Below, piece by piece: positions 61,930 to 64,000 of a stretch of DNA of 64,000 nt. A program made the translations under genes and the position numbers. The notes below the pieces were generated by a model, which saw only the letters and a list, made by a program, of their open reading frames with translations, ran no database searches and had not been told where the DNA came from. The stretch covers positions 96,001-160,000 of the forward strand of contig JBFWRP010000006.1 in NCBI GenBank assembly GCA_050248855.1, given 5' to 3'. The DNA is from Planctomycetota bacterium. GTDB lineage: Bacteria > Planctomycetota > PLA2 > JAEUHO01. How positions within the stretch are numbered: the stretch's first letter is position 1; every line of letters begins with the position of its first letter.

Positions 61930-61975
61930 ACTGGTTGCACCCAAAACAACCCCTCTACCGCTGAGGTACACCCCG
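61901..61975 (-). tRNA. tRNA-Pro (TGG)
   Basis: CGGGGTG acceptor; anticodon arm GTTGT-TTTGGGT-GCAAC; TTCGAAT T-loop; CCA; TACGCT box at 61986-61991. Confidence 0.93.
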
Positions 61976-62029
61976 GGATGGGAGAAGCGTACGCGCCGTG
62001 GGACGGCGTAGGACGGTCCGTCACGAGGG

Positions 62030-63814
62030 CTATCCGCCGGTCGTGGGACCTCCGGAGCCGCTGCCTGGTCGAGGGCCTGCGGGCGGCGGGCTGGGCGGCT
62101 TCTTCGGGGGCGGCGGCGGAGCTGGATCGCCTTCCCCGGGCTTCGGCGGCTTCGTCGGCATGGGCGGCTCGCGTTCCAGGATCTCCACGATCTTCGTGAA
62201 GGTCGCCGTCCAGCCCTTCTCCAGCATCAGCGCCCACGGCGTGGAGGCGTAGTCCTGTCCCATGTCGCGCTGGGCCAAGATCAGCGCCGCCAAGAGGGCG
62301 TTGCGATCGGCGTTGCCCACGTCCGGCGGCGGGTCGGGCACGCGGAAGCCGCTGAACAGGACGCGCGGCGCGATGCGCACCCTGCGGTAGGTCACGTCCA
62401 GCTGCTCCACGGACTCGAGCGCTGCCAGCACCTCGCCCCAATGGAAGCGCGCCTTGAGCAGCTGCACGCCCAGCAAGCGGAAGTCCGCCTCGACGCGCGC
62501 GTCAAGCGGGTCGACCACGCCCTCGCGCGGCGTTACGGCACGACCCGCCGTCGTGTTCCACCACTTGAGGGCCTGTTCGAGGGCACTTACGCGCTCTTGC
62601 ACCGCGCGCCGCGCCTTCTTCACGTCGTCCAGGTTCTCGAACCACCCGGCGTACGGGAGCTGTCCCGAGATGGAACGGGCGGGCCGCGACGAGAGTCCGC
62701 CCCGCCGCTCCAACGTGCCGATCTCCTGGATCAGCGGAACGGCTTCGTTCGCGAGGTGTTCCCAGATGCGCACGATGGTGGTGGCGCGTGCGTCCTTCTT
62801 GAGCTGCTTGAGCACCGTACTTCGCGGGCGGAGGTCCGGCGCCAGCAGGGCCAGTCGGCTCATGTCGTACATCGTCGTGCGCCGCGCGGCGATGCCTTGG
62901 GGAAGCACCTTGGCGGGGAAGTCGAAGACGAAGTACCGCCCGCCGGAGGTGAACGCGAGGGTGGCTAGGTGCCAGTAGCCAAAGCCCGAGGGCACGGGAT
63001 AGGCAGGCGGGCTCACCCAGTTGAAGCTGGTCTGCGCGAGGCCCGCTTCCCATGCGTACGGCACGAGCGGGTAGGCAACCTCGCTGCCGTACCACAGCGA
63101 ACCCGCCTCGATGCGTCGCGGGGAGGGGTCGAAGCGTTCCGTCAAGCCCAGGCTCGTGTCTTCGCGTGGCTGGAACGGCTGGCTCCACGCATGTTCGAAA
63201 GCGGCCTCGCCCGCGACGCAGTAGAACGCCGCCCCGCTGTCGAAGATCGCGTCGCGCGTCGCCTCGACGTCCTCCTCCGTCTCGCCGCCCTCCTGGGTCA
63301 CGAGAAGGATCGCCCGCGGCCCGTCGCCGCCCTCGGCGCGGATGAGCCCGGCCGCCTCGCGAAGCGACGCCATCACGTTGCGCGCGCCCTCCACCGGCGT
63401 GAGCGCCAACCGGTCGAGCATGCCCTTCACATGCTTGTCGAAGCGCGTCGGCGCGAGATAGGCCTCCAAGCGGATGCCGAGCACGCCCACCCGAAGCGAG
63501 GAGGGGCCCTCGGCCCAGGCTTCGTCGAGCGCCCCCTTCAACGCCTCCAGCTCGTTGGCCATCGAGCGGGTCGTGTCCAGGACGAGGAGCAGCTTGGGCG
63601 GGTCCGTGGTCCCGGCTCGCTCGGCCCGCGCACCCAGGTCCTTGGCGACGTAGACGAGGCAGTCGGCCAAGCGCCCCTTGCGCTCGTAGGTCTCGGCCGC
63701 CGTCCGGGCCTCGTTCGCAGCCCTCGCCACGGGCAGCGGGCCCGTGGCCACCAGCAGCAGGGCCGGCAGCACGGCCCGACCGGACCAGCGGAGGAGAGGC
63801 GAACGCGCACGCAC
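62030..63814 (-). CDS. Secreted VWA-like domain hypothetical protein with Pro-rich tail
   Basis: Signal peptide; LVLDTTRSM (degenerate MIDAS), ILLVTQE, PSGFG and TSGGRYF. Confidence 0.7.
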   Translation of the reverse strand: MRARSPLLRWSGRAVLPALLLVATGPLPVARAANEARTAAETYERKGRLADCLVYVAKDLGARAERAGTTDPPKLLLVLDTTRSMANELEALKGALDEAWAEGPSSLRVGVLGIRLEAYLAPTRFDKHVKGMLDRLALTPVEGARNVMASLREAAGLIRAEGGDGPRAILLVTQEGGETEEDVEATRDAIFDSGAAFYCVAGEAAFEHAWSQPFQPREDTSLGLTERFDPSPRRIEAGSLWYGSEVAYPLVPYAWEAGLAQTSFNWVSPPAYPVPSGFGYWHLATLAFTSGGRYFVFDFPAKVLPQGIAARRTTMYDMSRLALLAPDLRPRSTVLKQLKKDARATTIVRIWEHLANEAVPLIQEIGTLERRGGLSSRPARSISGQLPYAGWFENLDDVKKARRAVQERVSALEQALKWWNTTAGRAVTPREGVVDPLDARVEADFRLLGVQLLKARFHWGEVLAALESVEQLDVTYRRVRIAPRVLFSGFRVPDPPPDVGNADRNALLAALILAQRDMGQDYASTPWALMLEKGWTATFTKIVEILEREPPMPTKPPKPGEGDPAPPPPPKKPPSPPPAGPRPGSGSGGPTTGG

Positions 63815-63880
63815 GACGCGAGGATACGAGGGGAGCCGCCGTTCGTCCGGGGCTGGCGTCCAACCGGTATGATCCCGCCC

Positions 63881-64000
63881 ATGCGCAGCCGGTACCGCAG
63901 CTCCTGGCGCGCCGCCGCGCTGGGACTCGCGGTGGCCCTCCTGCCCTTGCGCGGGGCCGCTGGCGGTGAGCCTCCGGTCGTGGCCCCGGCGCCGCCGGCC
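63881..64000 (+). CDS. Secreted protein, 3'-partial
   Basis: TATGAT box 7 nt before ATG; signal-peptide-like MRSRYRSSWRAAALGLAVALL; runs off the window. Confidence 0.6.
   Translation, partial: MRSRYRSSWRAAALGLAVALLPLRGAAGGEPPVVAPAPPA

Overview
This is a 64-kb core-chromosome segment of a very GC-rich bacterium (roughly 70%+ by eye). It is probably a Planctomycetota lineage; this is an inference from the dnaG-rpoD-zinc-ribbon-rnpB order and the many HEAT-repeat, VIT-VWA, Ser/Thr-kinase and signal-peptide hypothetical proteins. Housekeeping genes include xth, proS, a CBS/CGL pair, hisS, hutH, comF, recJ, selB, rsmA, dnaG, rpoD, kynU/kynB, recQ, glpX, maeB and mutY, plus RNase P RNA and three tRNAs (Gln-CTG, Glu-CTC, Pro-TGG). 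I saw no transposase, integrase, prophage or CRISPR-Cas. The most unusual signals are: (1) two tandem proteins built as mirror-image giant beta-hairpins, with Pro-octad repeats outbound, a Cys turn, and Gly-nonad repeats inbound; (2) a ~220-bp dispersed and tandem repeat family whose hairpins show compensatory base changes and DNA-type mini-hairpin loops; (3) a second, palindromic repeat family, one copy of which is nested inside the first; (4) a tRNA-Pro 3'-end duplication with a fixed-length variable segment and a trailer antisense to the tRNA; (5) pervasive leaderless-type TANNNT boxes just upstream of start codons; (6) an HtrA-like protease coupled to a double pseudo-protease; and (7) a DUF4863/PnbB-like gene in a kynurenine operon. 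All calls are by eye, without database searches.
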